DNA of 32,304 nt from a virus (IMGVR_UViG_3300027793_000039:1-32304); one strand, 5' to 3'. Positions 17,847-26,711 are shown, counted from the first letter of the stretch. Notes: generated from the sequence alone by a model not told the origin. Numbers and translations are program-made.

Positions 17847-18119
17847 ATGGAGCCAATTATATATTTTATGGAGAATTGGGGCACATCAGTAGGGGCGGGT
17901 ACAGTGGTAGTCATTGGCATGTTTGTTGTTCGCGAAATCCGCGCTGAAATCCGCCAACTGAAAGAGGCACATGAACAAAATGAACATGCTATTCGCGACA
18001 TTCGAGACCAAAAGTACGAGGCCCAATTCGCGGAAATGCGAACTGAAATCAAAAACCTGAACGCTGCCCTTGCTGAGATCAAAACTATGCTGCATCAAAT
18101 TTTAACCGCACGCCGATAA
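17847..18119 (+). CDS. Holin-like protein (1 TM plus coiled coil)
   Basis: TM segment VGAGTVVVIGMFVV followed by a coiled coil. Adjacent to a 2-TM gene. Confidence 0.55.
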   Translation: MEPIIYFMENWGTSVGAGTVVVIGMFVVREIRAEIRQLKEAHEQNEHAIRDIRDQKYEAQFAEMRTEIKNLNAALAEIKTMLHQILTARR

Positions 18120-18121
18120 CC

Positions 18122-18313
18122 ATGTTTTTTCATCTCCGAAATATAACCAAGGCACCGCTTACCACCGTTGTAGGCCTGTTGCTTATATTGGCGGCAACCG
18201 CCAGCGTACTAACCGGCAAAACGACCTGGACTGAGGCCGCTGTAGTGTACCCGATTGCACTTGGGCTACTTACATCCAGAGACCCTAAACAAAAAGACGA
18301 TGCCAGTAAATGA
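18122..18313 (+). CDS. Putative holin (2 TM)
   Basis: PLTTVVGLLLILAA...WTEAAVVYPIALGLLTSRD followed by a charged tail. Confidence 0.65.
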   Translation: MFFHLRNITKAPLTTVVGLLLILAATASVLTGKTTWTEAAVVYPIALGLLTSRDPKQKDDASK

Positions 18314-20066
18314 TTTTGTGGCAGGGAGCGTACCCTGCGATGTACTGCAAAACAACGCCGAGGTGCAAAAGCAGCAGCACCTAGCCCTGCAATGGCTGGG
18401 CACCGGCTTCATTCGTGCCACCCGGGGGGATAATACCACCTCAGACTACGCGGTACCGCGCGTGCCTGACTTCGTTTTATCCGGCTGCCAAGTGTCAATA
18501 GGGCAAGCACCCAATGCGCTAACCGTAACGGTTCAGTCTGGCACCTTCCAGTTTCAGGAGCTAACCAGACAGATACCAAGCCTAAACACTTTGTTTCTTT
18601 CACCGGGCAATGTGAGCAACCCGCGCATAGACCTACTGGAGGTGACTACAGCGGGGGTGGTATCTGTCGTGCAAGGCACCCCCGCGTTTGTGCCTACAAC
18701 CCCCGCGCCTACTAGCGGCAGGTTTGCACTAGAAGCCATTTACGTACCCGCCGGCGCAACGGCAGCCAGCACCGGCATAAACGCCCCCCAGTTGCTGGAA
18801 GAAGCTGTAAGCAGGCCTACACAAGGGCTGCAATCATATAACGTAGTCCAAGTAACCCAGGTATCTGACTTTGACGGCTACACCGGCGCGGCTAACATCC
18901 CCCTTAGCGCGGGCACTATCTACCAGATAGTGGGGGATGTGAGCGTGAACGGGCACACGCTAGTGTTGCCTGCAAGCGGGACAGACTGTTTTATCGAAGG
19001 GAAGGGCGGCAAACTAATCAAGACAGATTCCGGCGCAATGATAACGGGTAACGGTGCCTTATCCGCTGAAAACTGCGCGTTTGAGGCTACCGGGTTAGCG
19101 TCTATTTTTAATGTAGGCCCAACTACGGGGAGTTTTGGCCTTGACTTTTTTGGCCTACGAGACCTCACGCTAACGGGCAATATGGGCACCGTGCGGCGGC
19201 GGGGATCGGTAGTTATACAGGCCTGTGCTTTCGTTGCCCCTACGTTAGTTACCTCAGAAACGCCACTCACATTAGATGGGCCCCACTACTTTCCCGCAAT
19301 TATTGATGGCTGTTATGTACAAGGGCCGGCATTAGGGGCTAGTTTTATCATTCCGGCTACGTACAATAATCAGCAGGGATTGCTTTTTAGCAGTAGCGTT
19401 TTTTTTCAGGGCGGCACAAGTGCTGCAATGATAACGGTAGCCAATGTGGAGGATTCTTTTAGTGTAGCAGGACAAGGCGGGTTCCGTATAGTAGGCTGCG
19501 CATTTAGAGGGCCAGGCCCGAAAATCAGCGTCGACACCTCAATAGGTAAGGATAGGTTTAGTTACTTTGCCAGCAACGACGGGGCTTTTGAGGCAACCGA
19601 CCCACCGGGAGACACTGTTGCTCACTTGTTCGCTTATCAGACCACCAATGTCACTGCCACCGAGATTGTAACGGCGGGGGTACCTGTAGAAATGGTAACT
19701 GGCCCACTGACAATAGGCAGCCAGAGCCTCATCCAAATAGTTAGCACCACGCTACCCAGAGCCCAATACCTAGGCAGCAGACCACGCCGCCTGAGGATCG
19801 ACGTAAATGCAACTCTAACGGCCGGTAACGGGCAAGAATTAACCCTCTCTATATACAAAAGTGTGGGCGGTGTGGGGGCTTACACGCTTGTAGGTGGCAG
19901 CGCGGTAATAGCCGAAACAACGGGAACGGGTATAGTTACAAACCTACGCACGTCCATAATCAATGAGGCTAGAATAAATGACATCTACACGGTTTACATT
20001 GCTAACATTGACGGCGTAACAGATGCAGTAGATTTGCGAGTGCAGCTAACCATAAGTGAGATATGA
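18300..20066 (+). CDS. Fibre/spike-like structural protein
   Basis: NPRIDL...VVQGTPA..IYVPAGAT anchor motif, beta-helix-like middle and beta-sandwich-like C-terminus. ATG18300 is preferred as the start. Confidence 0.65.
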   Translation: MPVNDFVAGSVPCDVLQNNAEVQKQQHLALQWLGTGFIRATRGDNTTSDYAVPRVPDFVLSGCQVSIGQAPNALTVTVQSGTFQFQELTRQIPSLNTLFLSPGNVSNPRIDLLEVTTAGVVSVVQGTPAFVPTTPAPTSGRFALEAIYVPAGATAASTGINAPQLLEEAVSRPTQGLQSYNVVQVTQVSDFDGYTGAANIPLSAGTIYQIVGDVSVNGHTLVLPASGTDCFIEGKGGKLIKTDSGAMITGNGALSAENCAFEATGLASIFNVGPTTGSFGLDFFGLRDLTLTGNMGTVRRRGSVVIQACAFVAPTLVTSETPLTLDGPHYFPAIIDGCYVQGPALGASFIIPATYNNQQGLLFSSSVFFQGGTSAAMITVANVEDSFSVAGQGGFRIVGCAFRGPGPKISVDTSIGKDRFSYFASNDGAFEATDPPGDTVAHLFAYQTTNVTATEIVTAGVPVEMVTGPLTIGSQSLIQIVSTTLPRAQYLGSRPRRLRIDVNATLTAGNGQELTLSIYKSVGGVGAYTLVGGSAVIAETTGTGIVTNLRTSIINEARINDIYTVYIANIDGVTDAVDLRVQLTISEI

Positions 20067-21295
20067 CAACGGCGAAGAGCAACATATTTCAGGTATCGCT
20101 TAGCAGAAGCGGGCGCATATCCAAAAAGCAGCGCACCCCTATTCAAAAGGTAGGGCAATGGCAGGTAAAGCAATACTTTGAAGACAATGACTACCCGGGC
20201 CTGCTGATTGACCTTTATGCCGCTAGCCCCACGCACGGGGGGATCATTGACAAAAAGGTGATGTACACCCGGGGCAGCAAGCTAAAGGCAGTGGCGAAAG
20301 ACCCTAGCCAACAGGCCGAGGTAGACAACTACAGCAGCGGAGTGGGCAATGATCTGGGTATACATGAGTGCTTTACGCGGTTGGCAATGGATAGATACCT
20401 GTACGGCGGGTATGCGCTACTAGTATACACTGATAGCACCGGCCAGCTGGCCGGATTCAAACATGTTGACTTTAGCCTATTGCGCCGCGCTAGTTACGAT
20501 AATGAGGCAAAAGAAACGGTGCACGGCTACGTGTACAGCCCAGACTGGCGGGACGAGGCACTAACCAAAAAGGAGGCGGTATGGATAGCCCCCTTTGACC
20601 CGGATGGGCAGTACGAGCCTGAGGCCAAGTACTTAGTGTACCGAATGCGCTACGCACCCGGAAAGCATTATTACCCAACCCCCGATTACCACAGTGCCAT
20701 TTTAAGCATCGAAACGGAGGCGGAGCTGATAAATTTTAAGCACAAAAGCACCATAAACAGCTTCAATCCCGGCGGCTTTTTGACTATTGTGGGCCGAATG
20801 GATGAGGCCGAACGCGAAAGAACCCGGAAGTCTTTCGAGGAATTCCAGAACGGCACTGACAATACGGGTAAACTATTCGTGCAAATTGTCGACAACGAGA
20901 GCGAAGGCGTTCAGTTTGTACCTTTTACGAATAGCCCGGCGGATAAAAACGTAAGTGCGTATCAGGATCAGGCAAGGCAGGAAATTGTAAGCGCGCACCA
21001 GCTGCCAAGCCTCACCCTAATAGGTCTGCCGGGGGGGCCAAGCCTGAGCGGGGATGCCAGCACGATCAGCACCTCTATGTCCACGTTTTTTGAAACAGTT
21101 ATTAAGCCTGTAAGGGGTGAGTTGCTGGACGATCTGGTTTGGCTGTACAGCCTGCTGGGCTGGGATGTAACCTTTAGCGTGGACGAGCTGGTAATAACTG
21201 AAACTGGGCAAGTAGATACCGCTACAATTAACCAGGATGGCGGCACAAACGAAGAGCAGATAAACCAATTAGCGATACAGCAATGGCAGCAATAA
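20063..21295 (+). CDS. Portal protein
   Basis: DNDYP.LLIDLY..SPTH, YYPTPDY, IETEAELINF...NSFNP and EIVSAHQ motifs. 410 aa. Confidence 0.88.
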   Translation: MTTAKSNIFQVSLSRSGRISKKQRTPIQKVGQWQVKQYFEDNDYPGLLIDLYAASPTHGGIIDKKVMYTRGSKLKAVAKDPSQQAEVDNYSSGVGNDLGIHECFTRLAMDRYLYGGYALLVYTDSTGQLAGFKHVDFSLLRRASYDNEAKETVHGYVYSPDWRDEALTKKEAVWIAPFDPDGQYEPEAKYLVYRMRYAPGKHYYPTPDYHSAILSIETEAELINFKHKSTINSFNPGGFLTIVGRMDEAERERTRKSFEEFQNGTDNTGKLFVQIVDNESEGVQFVPFTNSPADKNVSAYQDQARQEIVSAHQLPSLTLIGLPGGPSLSGDASTISTSMSTFFETVIKPVRGELLDDLVWLYSLLGWDVTFSVDELVITETGQVDTATINQDGGTNEEQINQLAIQQWQQ

Positions 21296-21903
21296 CCGAT
21301 ACGTTGCTCATAACCTCCGAAGAAGTTCAGCAACTGGTTCCTGGGGCACGCGACCTGGTGCGCACACTGGCTATGGAGCCAGCCATACATACCGCACAAC
21401 GCGCGTTTTTACGCGTGGTGCTAGGTAGATACCTGTATGAAGAGATCGTGGATCAGGCGGCCTCTAATGGCCTAACAACGGACAATCAGGAACTGGTGGA
21501 TAGGGCAAAAGTAATGTTAGCATATACCACGTTGCAAAAAGACCTGCCGTTTAGGGCTAACCAGATACGCGATACGGGCGTAGTGGCATTAACCACGGGC
21601 GGGGTAACTAGGGAGCTATCCGGCTATAAGACCGTACTGGATGCAATCGGGGCAAACATAGATACTGAGCGGGCTATTTTTGAAGACTGGCTGGCAGACA
21701 ACAGCAACCGTTATCCATTATGGCACCATACCAACTACTGGCAGTTAATGTATGACGATTGCCGGCTGGAACGCTGGCATGGCAGGCCCGAAAGAGGCAC
21801 CGGCAACGTCCGTTTCTTTAGCGTTGGCGGGCGTGCTACCACTGGGCAACGCGCCGATCCAACTTCGAGAGGCTACTGGCGGCGACACTGGAATACCTAT
21901 TAG
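21283..21903 (+). CDS. Head-tail adaptor (DUF6712-like)
   Basis: IHTAQ..FLR.VLG.YLYEEI...DNQELV pattern. Directly follows the portal. Confidence 0.7.
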   Translation: MAAITDTLLITSEEVQQLVPGARDLVRTLAMEPAIHTAQRAFLRVVLGRYLYEEIVDQAASNGLTTDNQELVDRAKVMLAYTTLQKDLPFRANQIRDTGVVALTTGGVTRELSGYKTVLDAIGANIDTERAIFEDWLADNSNRYPLWHHTNYWQLMYDDCRLERWHGRPERGTGNVRFFSVGGRATTGQRADPTSRGYWRRHWNTY

Positions 21904-21904
21904 G

Positions 21905-23296
21905 CTAAAATGGGCTATTGAGCGGCTTCGACTCATAGTAAAACTCAGGCATGTTCTGCCTAAGACTAGCCATCTCGGATATGCGCTGGTACTCAGGCTC
22001 CCAACGCATGCGTAAATCTTGTTTAGAGGTTACCTCCCCGTTACGTTGCTTAGCAACGGATAGGCATACCACCCCCTCTGTGCTGGTGCCGTCCTCAAAT
22101 TCGTGCAGGCCGTGCAAATCAGGGCGGTAAAGCATCCAAATGTTGTCTGCATCCTGCTCTATATCCCCAGATTCTTTTAGGTGATGCGGCTCCGGTCGTA
22201 TATTATTCCCCCGCACATCCCGGCTAACCTGCGCCAGAGCAACGATTGGCAACTTTAGCTCCTTCGCCAATATCTTTAGTTTGCGGCTAACGTTACCTAC
22301 CGCCACCCGCCTATCGTTAGATGGCTCGGCTATCAGCTGAAGGTAGTCAACTATCAGCACCTGCAAGCCATGTTTGCGCTTGTGCGCACGCACGCGCTGA
22401 CATAAGCGGGTAATGTCCATAGGTGCCGCGTCGTCCAGCAATAGCGGCCAGCTGAAGATAGTAGCCCGCGCTGCATCCAACGCCTGCCAATCGGAGTCGG
22501 CCATCGCTTGCCCGCGAATAGAGCCCATGCGTATGCTGCCTACATTGGCCAACACACGCATTAGGATAGCCTCGCTAGCCATTTCCGCGCTGGCAAAGTA
22601 GACCGATATCCCCCGCTTCAGCAACCCTACGGCAAGGCTTAGCGCAAATGCCGTTTTGCCGTGCCCTGGGCGTGCGCCCACAACCGTAAGCTCCCCCGCA
22701 AATAAGCCATTGGTTATGCGCTGAAGGCTGTACAGGTCAATCGGTATACCGGCCTCCTTGCCTGAGGCAATGCGCTGCACCACGTCCACCGCGCTGTTTA
22801 GCTGATCGGCCAGGTTCATCTGGCTATTACGTGTAGCTACCTGTAGCAAGTCGTTTATCTTCGCGTGCATCCCCATCAACAAGTGAATGGGGTCGTACCT
22901 ATCCTGATAGGAGACTACCGCTGAACACATACGCGTGGTCTCCCTGCCTATCCACTGCTGGGCAAGTATGTAAGCGTGGTGCTCAAGGTTCGCGCTACTA
23001 GCTATAACGCTCGTCGATTTGGCGATAACATAAGGGCCACCGGCGGCTGCCAAGTTGCCGTTTTTGCGCAGCTGATCCATAACCGTTAGCTTATCAATAG
23101 GCACAAGCTCGTCGTTTAGTTCAGCCATTGCCCGCCAAACGTGCTGGTACTTGGCCTCACTAAACATATCGGCTGTAACCACGCCGCTAATGCGAGAAAA
23201 GGCAGTTCCTTCGAGTAGGCATGCACCAATAACGCACGCCTCAGCACTTGGCTCCTCTGGCAGATTGACTATCGGTAATTGTTTTTGACTATCCAT
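21905..23296 (-). CDS. dnaB: Replicative DNA helicase
   Basis: AEACVIGACLL N-domain, Walker A GARPGHGKT, IVDYLQL, LKESGDIEQDAD and KQRNG. ATG23296 is preferred because the promoter overlaps the track's start. Confidence 0.96.
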   Translation of the reverse strand: MDSQKQLPIVNLPEEPSAEACVIGACLLEGTAFSRISGVVTADMFSEAKYQHVWRAMAELNDELVPIDKLTVMDQLRKNGNLAAAGGPYVIAKSTSVIASSANLEHHAYILAQQWIGRETTRMCSAVVSYQDRYDPIHLLMGMHAKINDLLQVATRNSQMNLADQLNSAVDVVQRIASGKEAGIPIDLYSLQRITNGLFAGELTVVGARPGHGKTAFALSLAVGLLKRGISVYFASAEMASEAILMRVLANVGSIRMGSIRGQAMADSDWQALDAARATIFSWPLLLDDAAPMDITRLCQRVRAHKRKHGLQVLIVDYLQLIAEPSNDRRVAVGNVSRKLKILAKELKLPIVALAQVSRDVRGNNIRPEPHHLKESGDIEQDADNIWMLYRPDLHGLHEFEDGTSTEGVVCLSVAKQRNGEVTSKQDLRMRWEPEYQRISEMASLRQNMPEFYYESKPLNSPF

Positions 23297-23302
23297 GGCC
23301 GG

Positions 23303-23333
23303 CAAAGGTATGCAAGTGTGCGCAATTTCGCAA
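23303..23333 (-). promoter_or_regulatory. Class I promoter with palindromic operator (dnaB)
   Basis: On the - strand: TTGCGAAATTGCGCAC-N7-TACCTTTG-N6-ATG. Confidence 0.8.
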
Positions 23334-23339
23334 AGTAGA

Positions 23340-23620
23340 GAACCTTAACATCCTTTTGTTTTTTTTAAACGCTTAACGCATGTATTTTTTTTGTGCTTTT
23401 AGCGTGCTTTTTTAGCACAACAGGTGGTAAATCTTTTTTTTTAAGAACTTAACAAAAAGACAGCCCTCTTGCTATAAGTAACATCTATCTTTATTCTTTC
23501 TCTTTACCACCTGTTATCCTTATCTGTATTACTTATAAGTAAAAATAAACAAAAAGAAAGCTTACAAAACAAGTTTTTCGTCGAACAAAAACGCGCGTTC
23601 GTCGAAAAAATACAGGAAGA
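23340..23620. other. AT-rich non-coding region with palindromes; candidate replication origin
   Basis: T-tracts switch to A-tracts. It holds a 13-bp IR (23419-31/23503-15), the palindrome TTACTTATAAGTAA (23529-42) and an IR at 23574-86/23597-609. It is the only long intergenic region and lies next to dnaB. Confidence 0.55.
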
Positions 23621-23778
23621 AACGGGGTTCGCAAATAGACGCGCTGTGCCGTGCGATCTGTTGTATGGGTAGGCACATATGCCAGCAGGGTAGGCATTGC
23701 GCGATACGCGCTACGTGAGGGGCAAATACGGCGCACTGTGCTTAGGCGCGTAGGTAGACATTATTATTTTTACGGGAA

Positions 23779-23815
23779 TTGCGTAATTCCGCAAACCTCC
23801 CTATCTTTGTACTAT
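23779..23815 (+). promoter_or_regulatory. Class I promoter/operator, 37-bp direct repeat copy 1
   Basis: TTGCGTAATTCCGCAAACCTCCCTATCTTTGTACTAT. Confidence 0.9.
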
Positions 23816-24494
23816 GAAACAAAAAGAGGTAAATAAGATCATTAGGCTACATAAGATGTGGCTGGAAAAAGAGCATGGTGGAAAACGCGCAGACCTGCGG
23901 TGGGCGAAGCTGCAAGGCGCAAATCTGTATGGCGCAAACCTGGAAGGGGCAGACCTGGAAAGCTCAGACATGCAAGGGGCAGCCTTGCGGTGGGCGAAGC
24001 TGCAAGGCGCAAATCTGTATGGCGCAAACCTGGAAGGGGCAGACCTGCAAGGGGCGAAGCTGCAAGGCGCAAACCTGTATGGCGCAAACCTGCAAGGCGC
24101 AAATCTGTATGGGGCAGACCTGCAAGGCGCAAATCTGCGGTGGGCGAAGCTGCAAGGCGCAAACCTGTATGGCGCAAATCTGTATGGGGCATTCCTGCAA
24201 GGGGCGAAGCTGCAAGGCGCAAACCTGTATGGCGCAGACCTGCAAGGGGCAGACCTGGAAGGGGCGAAGCTGCAAGGCGCAAACCTGTATGGCGCAAACC
24301 TGCAAGGCGCAAATCTGCGGTGGGCAAACCTGCAAGGCGCAAACCTGTATGGGGCATACCTGGAAAGCTTAGCCCTGCAATGGGCAGACCTGGAAAGCTC
24401 AAACCTGCAAGAGGCAGACCTGCGGTGGGCAAACCTAAGCCCAGAGCAGCGTGAGGTAGCTGAAAAAGGCGGCGCAATTCTGCAAAAAAAATGA
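23814..24494 (+). CDS. Pentapeptide-repeat protein
   Basis: IIRLHKMWL...GKRADL cap followed by more than 35 A(D/N/K)Lxx repeats encoded by 15-bp units. Confidence 0.95.
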   Translation: MKQKEVNKIIRLHKMWLEKEHGGKRADLRWAKLQGANLYGANLEGADLESSDMQGAALRWAKLQGANLYGANLEGADLQGAKLQGANLYGANLQGANLYGADLQGANLRWAKLQGANLYGANLYGAFLQGAKLQGANLYGADLQGADLEGAKLQGANLYGANLQGANLRWANLQGANLYGAYLESLALQWADLESSNLQEADLRWANLSPEQREVAEKGGAILQKK

Positions 24495-24502
24495 ACCGCC
24501 CC

Positions 24503-24539
24503 TTGCGTAATTCCGCAAACCTCCCTATCTTTGTACTAT
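24503..24539 (+). promoter_or_regulatory. Class I promoter/operator, 37-bp direct repeat copy 2
   Basis: Identical to 23779-23815. Confidence 0.9.
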
Positions 24540-24556
24540 CACTTTAATCAAAGACA

Positions 24557-24793
24557 ATGTACACGCCCCGCCACCTGATGCGCTTCTTGCCAGGCAAGAC
24601 AGTGCACGAGCCTTACACCGGAGAGGTCTGCACAATAGTGCAGGTTAAGCCCCACGTAAATTTACTAGGCGACGATTGCTTTTTTGTTGCCTTTAGCAAC
24701 GGGCAGTTTGCCTACCCATATAGCCTAACATCGCTAGCCCGGGATGCCTTTGGCTTGTACAAAGAAAGTAAAAAAGGGAATCTGCCATGGTAA
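24557..24793 (+). CDS. Hypothetical protein
   Basis: First gene after the promoter. Its leader TTTAATCAAAGA is shared with the 2750 gene. Confidence 0.7.
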   Translation: MYTPRHLMRFLPGKTVHEPYTGEVCTIVQVKPHVNLLGDDCFFVAFSNGQFAYPYSLTSLARDAFGLYKESKKGNLPW

Positions 24794-25107
24794 AGCCCTT
24801 CACCATTGCCGCCCGGGTAGCCCCCGCGCTACTTGAGCGGGCGGCGCAGATTGACGCTGCCAAGCGTAAGGCTCAAATCCGAACGGATTTCTGCCTGGCA
24901 GATAAGGTGCAGCATATGCTGGAACTGATTTCAGACCAGCACGAAAGCCAGCAATCTCCCGGCATGATTGCCATTCGGCTCATTTGGCTTATGCAGGGGC
25001 TACCTACGGCGTACTTGCATGCTATGCTGGATGAGCTAATAGCCGCCTGCTGCCATGCTTTTGCAGGCGAAGTAACGCGGGGCTACGCAATCTTTGATGA
25101 ACAATAG
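24787..25107 (+). CDS. Hypothetical protein
   Basis: Overlaps the previous gene and fills the operon. Confidence 0.65.
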   Translation: MVKPFTIAARVAPALLERAAQIDAAKRKAQIRTDFCLADKVQHMLELISDQHESQQSPGMIAIRLIWLMQGLPTAYLHAMLDELIAACCHAFAGEVTRGYAIFDEQ

Positions 25108-25131
25108 AAACTCAACTTAATCATTAAAAAA

Positions 25132-26004
25132 ATGAGAACAAGATCCACAGACGCGCTGCCGGTGAGCAGCACCATCGTACTAATTTACGGCCAGCCTGGC
25201 ATAGGCAAAACCAGTTTGGCAATTACAGCGGCAACCCCAATCCTGATTGATGCGGACAACGGCCAAGGCCGCGCTGCATTCCGGGTGGACGCGGAAACCC
25301 AGCCCACTTGGCAGAGTGTAGCCGCCCTGCTATCCGACCGGGATGAAATGTCGATGTACAATACAGTAGTCATTGACACTGTAGGTAGGCTGGCGGAGCT
25401 AGCGATGGAATACATTGCGGCAAAGTATCCGCGGATGTACAATAGTGAAACCTACAAGCCCTCTCAAGAGGGTTATGGAATGCTAAAAGGGCTAATGGGT
25501 GGGGTGCTGCGTAGCCTGCGCGATATGGGCAAAGATGTTGTACTGATTGCCCACGAAAATGACGATGATGAGTGCCGCGAGCCCAAGATAACCGGCAGCA
25601 CCGCCGCACTGGTGAAAGAGATAGCCGACCTGATTGGCTATTACAGTCTGGTCGATGGCCGGCGCGTTGTTGACTTTCGCCCGTCGAGTTCACACTGGGG
25701 CAAGGATAGTGCGGGCCTGGGGGCAATGGAGATAGCACCCATAACCGCCAGCAGCACCACGATGGCTGATATGATAGCCGCGTATAAGGCCCACCAAGCC
25801 AAGGTTAGCGCGGCAAGCGCGGAGGTGATGGAAGCCATCGAGCGGTACAAGGAAGCCATAGCCAGCGCGGATAGTCTGAACGCGCTAAAAGCAGTTTACG
25901 ATGCAATAAGAAAAGAGGGCGTGGCGGTGGAAGCCCAGCTTCGACATTTAGTTACGAAACGAAAAGAGGTATTAGCAAAAGAAGCGGAGGTACAAAATGG
26001 CTAA
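25132..26004 (+). CDS. Sak4-like AAA_24 ATPase/recombinase
   Basis: LIYGQPGIGKTS, LIDAD.G, TVVIDT, VVLIAH and ADLIGY motifs. Confidence 0.88.
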   Translation: MRTRSTDALPVSSTIVLIYGQPGIGKTSLAITAATPILIDADNGQGRAAFRVDAETQPTWQSVAALLSDRDEMSMYNTVVIDTVGRLAELAMEYIAAKYPRMYNSETYKPSQEGYGMLKGLMGGVLRSLRDMGKDVVLIAHENDDDECREPKITGSTAALVKEIADLIGYYSLVDGRRVVDFRPSSSHWGKDSAGLGAMEIAPITASSTTMADMIAAYKAHQAKVSAASAEVMEAIERYKEAIASADSLNALKAVYDAIRKEGVAVEAQLRHLVTKRKEVLAKEAEVQNG

Positions 26005-26671
26005 TCTTTGGTTACGCGTAACCCAGCTGGATACCTTCGTAAATTGGACGTCGGGCTTGGACACAGTTGGCATCTTAGACAAGCTAACTAGCTACACCCC
26101 GCCTACCTACGCAATGCAATACGGCACGGCGGTTGGCGAAATGGTAGAGCGCGGGCTATTTGATTGGCCTGAAGGGGAGCCTTATCTTATACAGGGGCGA
26201 ACAAAGGTAGTGGTGGACACTGCTATTTTGCGGGCCTTTGGCGAGCTATACCGCGGCGGCTTGTGGGCGGCTGCAGCCTTTGAAGTTCCGGGCTTATACA
26301 AGCTAGCCAGCGGGGCGCATACATTGACCCTTACCGGCACCGCGGATGCTATATCTGGGCTTACACTATACGAGCATAAGACTACCCATAAAACCCCTGA
26401 TTATACCGACAGTCTACAATGGCAGGTATACCTCGAGATGTTTCAGCTACCTGTTGTAGCCTACTACATTGCGGAGGTAACCGAGACTGCGCGAAAGTTC
26501 AAGGAGATGCACCAGCAGACATTTTGGCGCACGCCTGAGAGCACCGCTAATGTGGAACTAGCCTGTCGTATGTTTATTGACTGGGTAACGCGAAATAAAT
26601 TCGAGGGGTATTTTACTACTCCATCAAAAAAGTACTTAAGTTTAACAACGGATGGGTCTTTGTTTGATTAA
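25997..26671 (+). CDS. PD-(D/E)XK-family exonuclease
   Basis: AMQYGTA, LTGTADAI..LYEHKTT and SLQWQVYL motifs. Adjacent to the Sak4-like gene. Confidence 0.75.
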   Translation: MANLWLRVTQLDTFVNWTSGLDTVGILDKLTSYTPPTYAMQYGTAVGEMVERGLFDWPEGEPYLIQGRTKVVVDTAILRAFGELYRGGLWAAAAFEVPGLYKLASGAHTLTLTGTADAISGLTLYEHKTTHKTPDYTDSLQWQVYLEMFQLPVVAYYIAEVTETARKFKEMHQQTFWRTPESTANVELACRMFIDWVTRNKFEGYFTTPSKKYLSLTTDGSLFD

Positions 26672-26675
26672 GTGA

Positions 26676-26711
26676 GGCCGGGGGGGGAATAAAATCCCCT
26701 TCGGTTTTTTT
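26676..26711 (+). terminator. Intrinsic terminator
   Basis: GGCCG-G-tract / TCCCCTTCGGTT stem followed by a T-tract. Confidence 0.85.

Noticed and set aside
23533-23836. Short ORFs in the AT-rich region as a replication initiator
   Set aside because: They have non-ATG starts, low-complexity translations and no initiator motifs, and one overlaps the promoter repeat.
23842-24477. Overlapping Arg-rich and Cys-rich ORFs in alternative frames of the pentapeptide gene
   Set aside because: They are open only because the 15-bp unit lacks stops. Only the 23814 frame has a promoter-linked ATG and a known fold.
25997-26671. Cas4 as part of a CRISPR system
   Set aside because: It lacks the Fe-S cysteine cluster and any cas context. 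It fits the exonuclease partner of Sak4.
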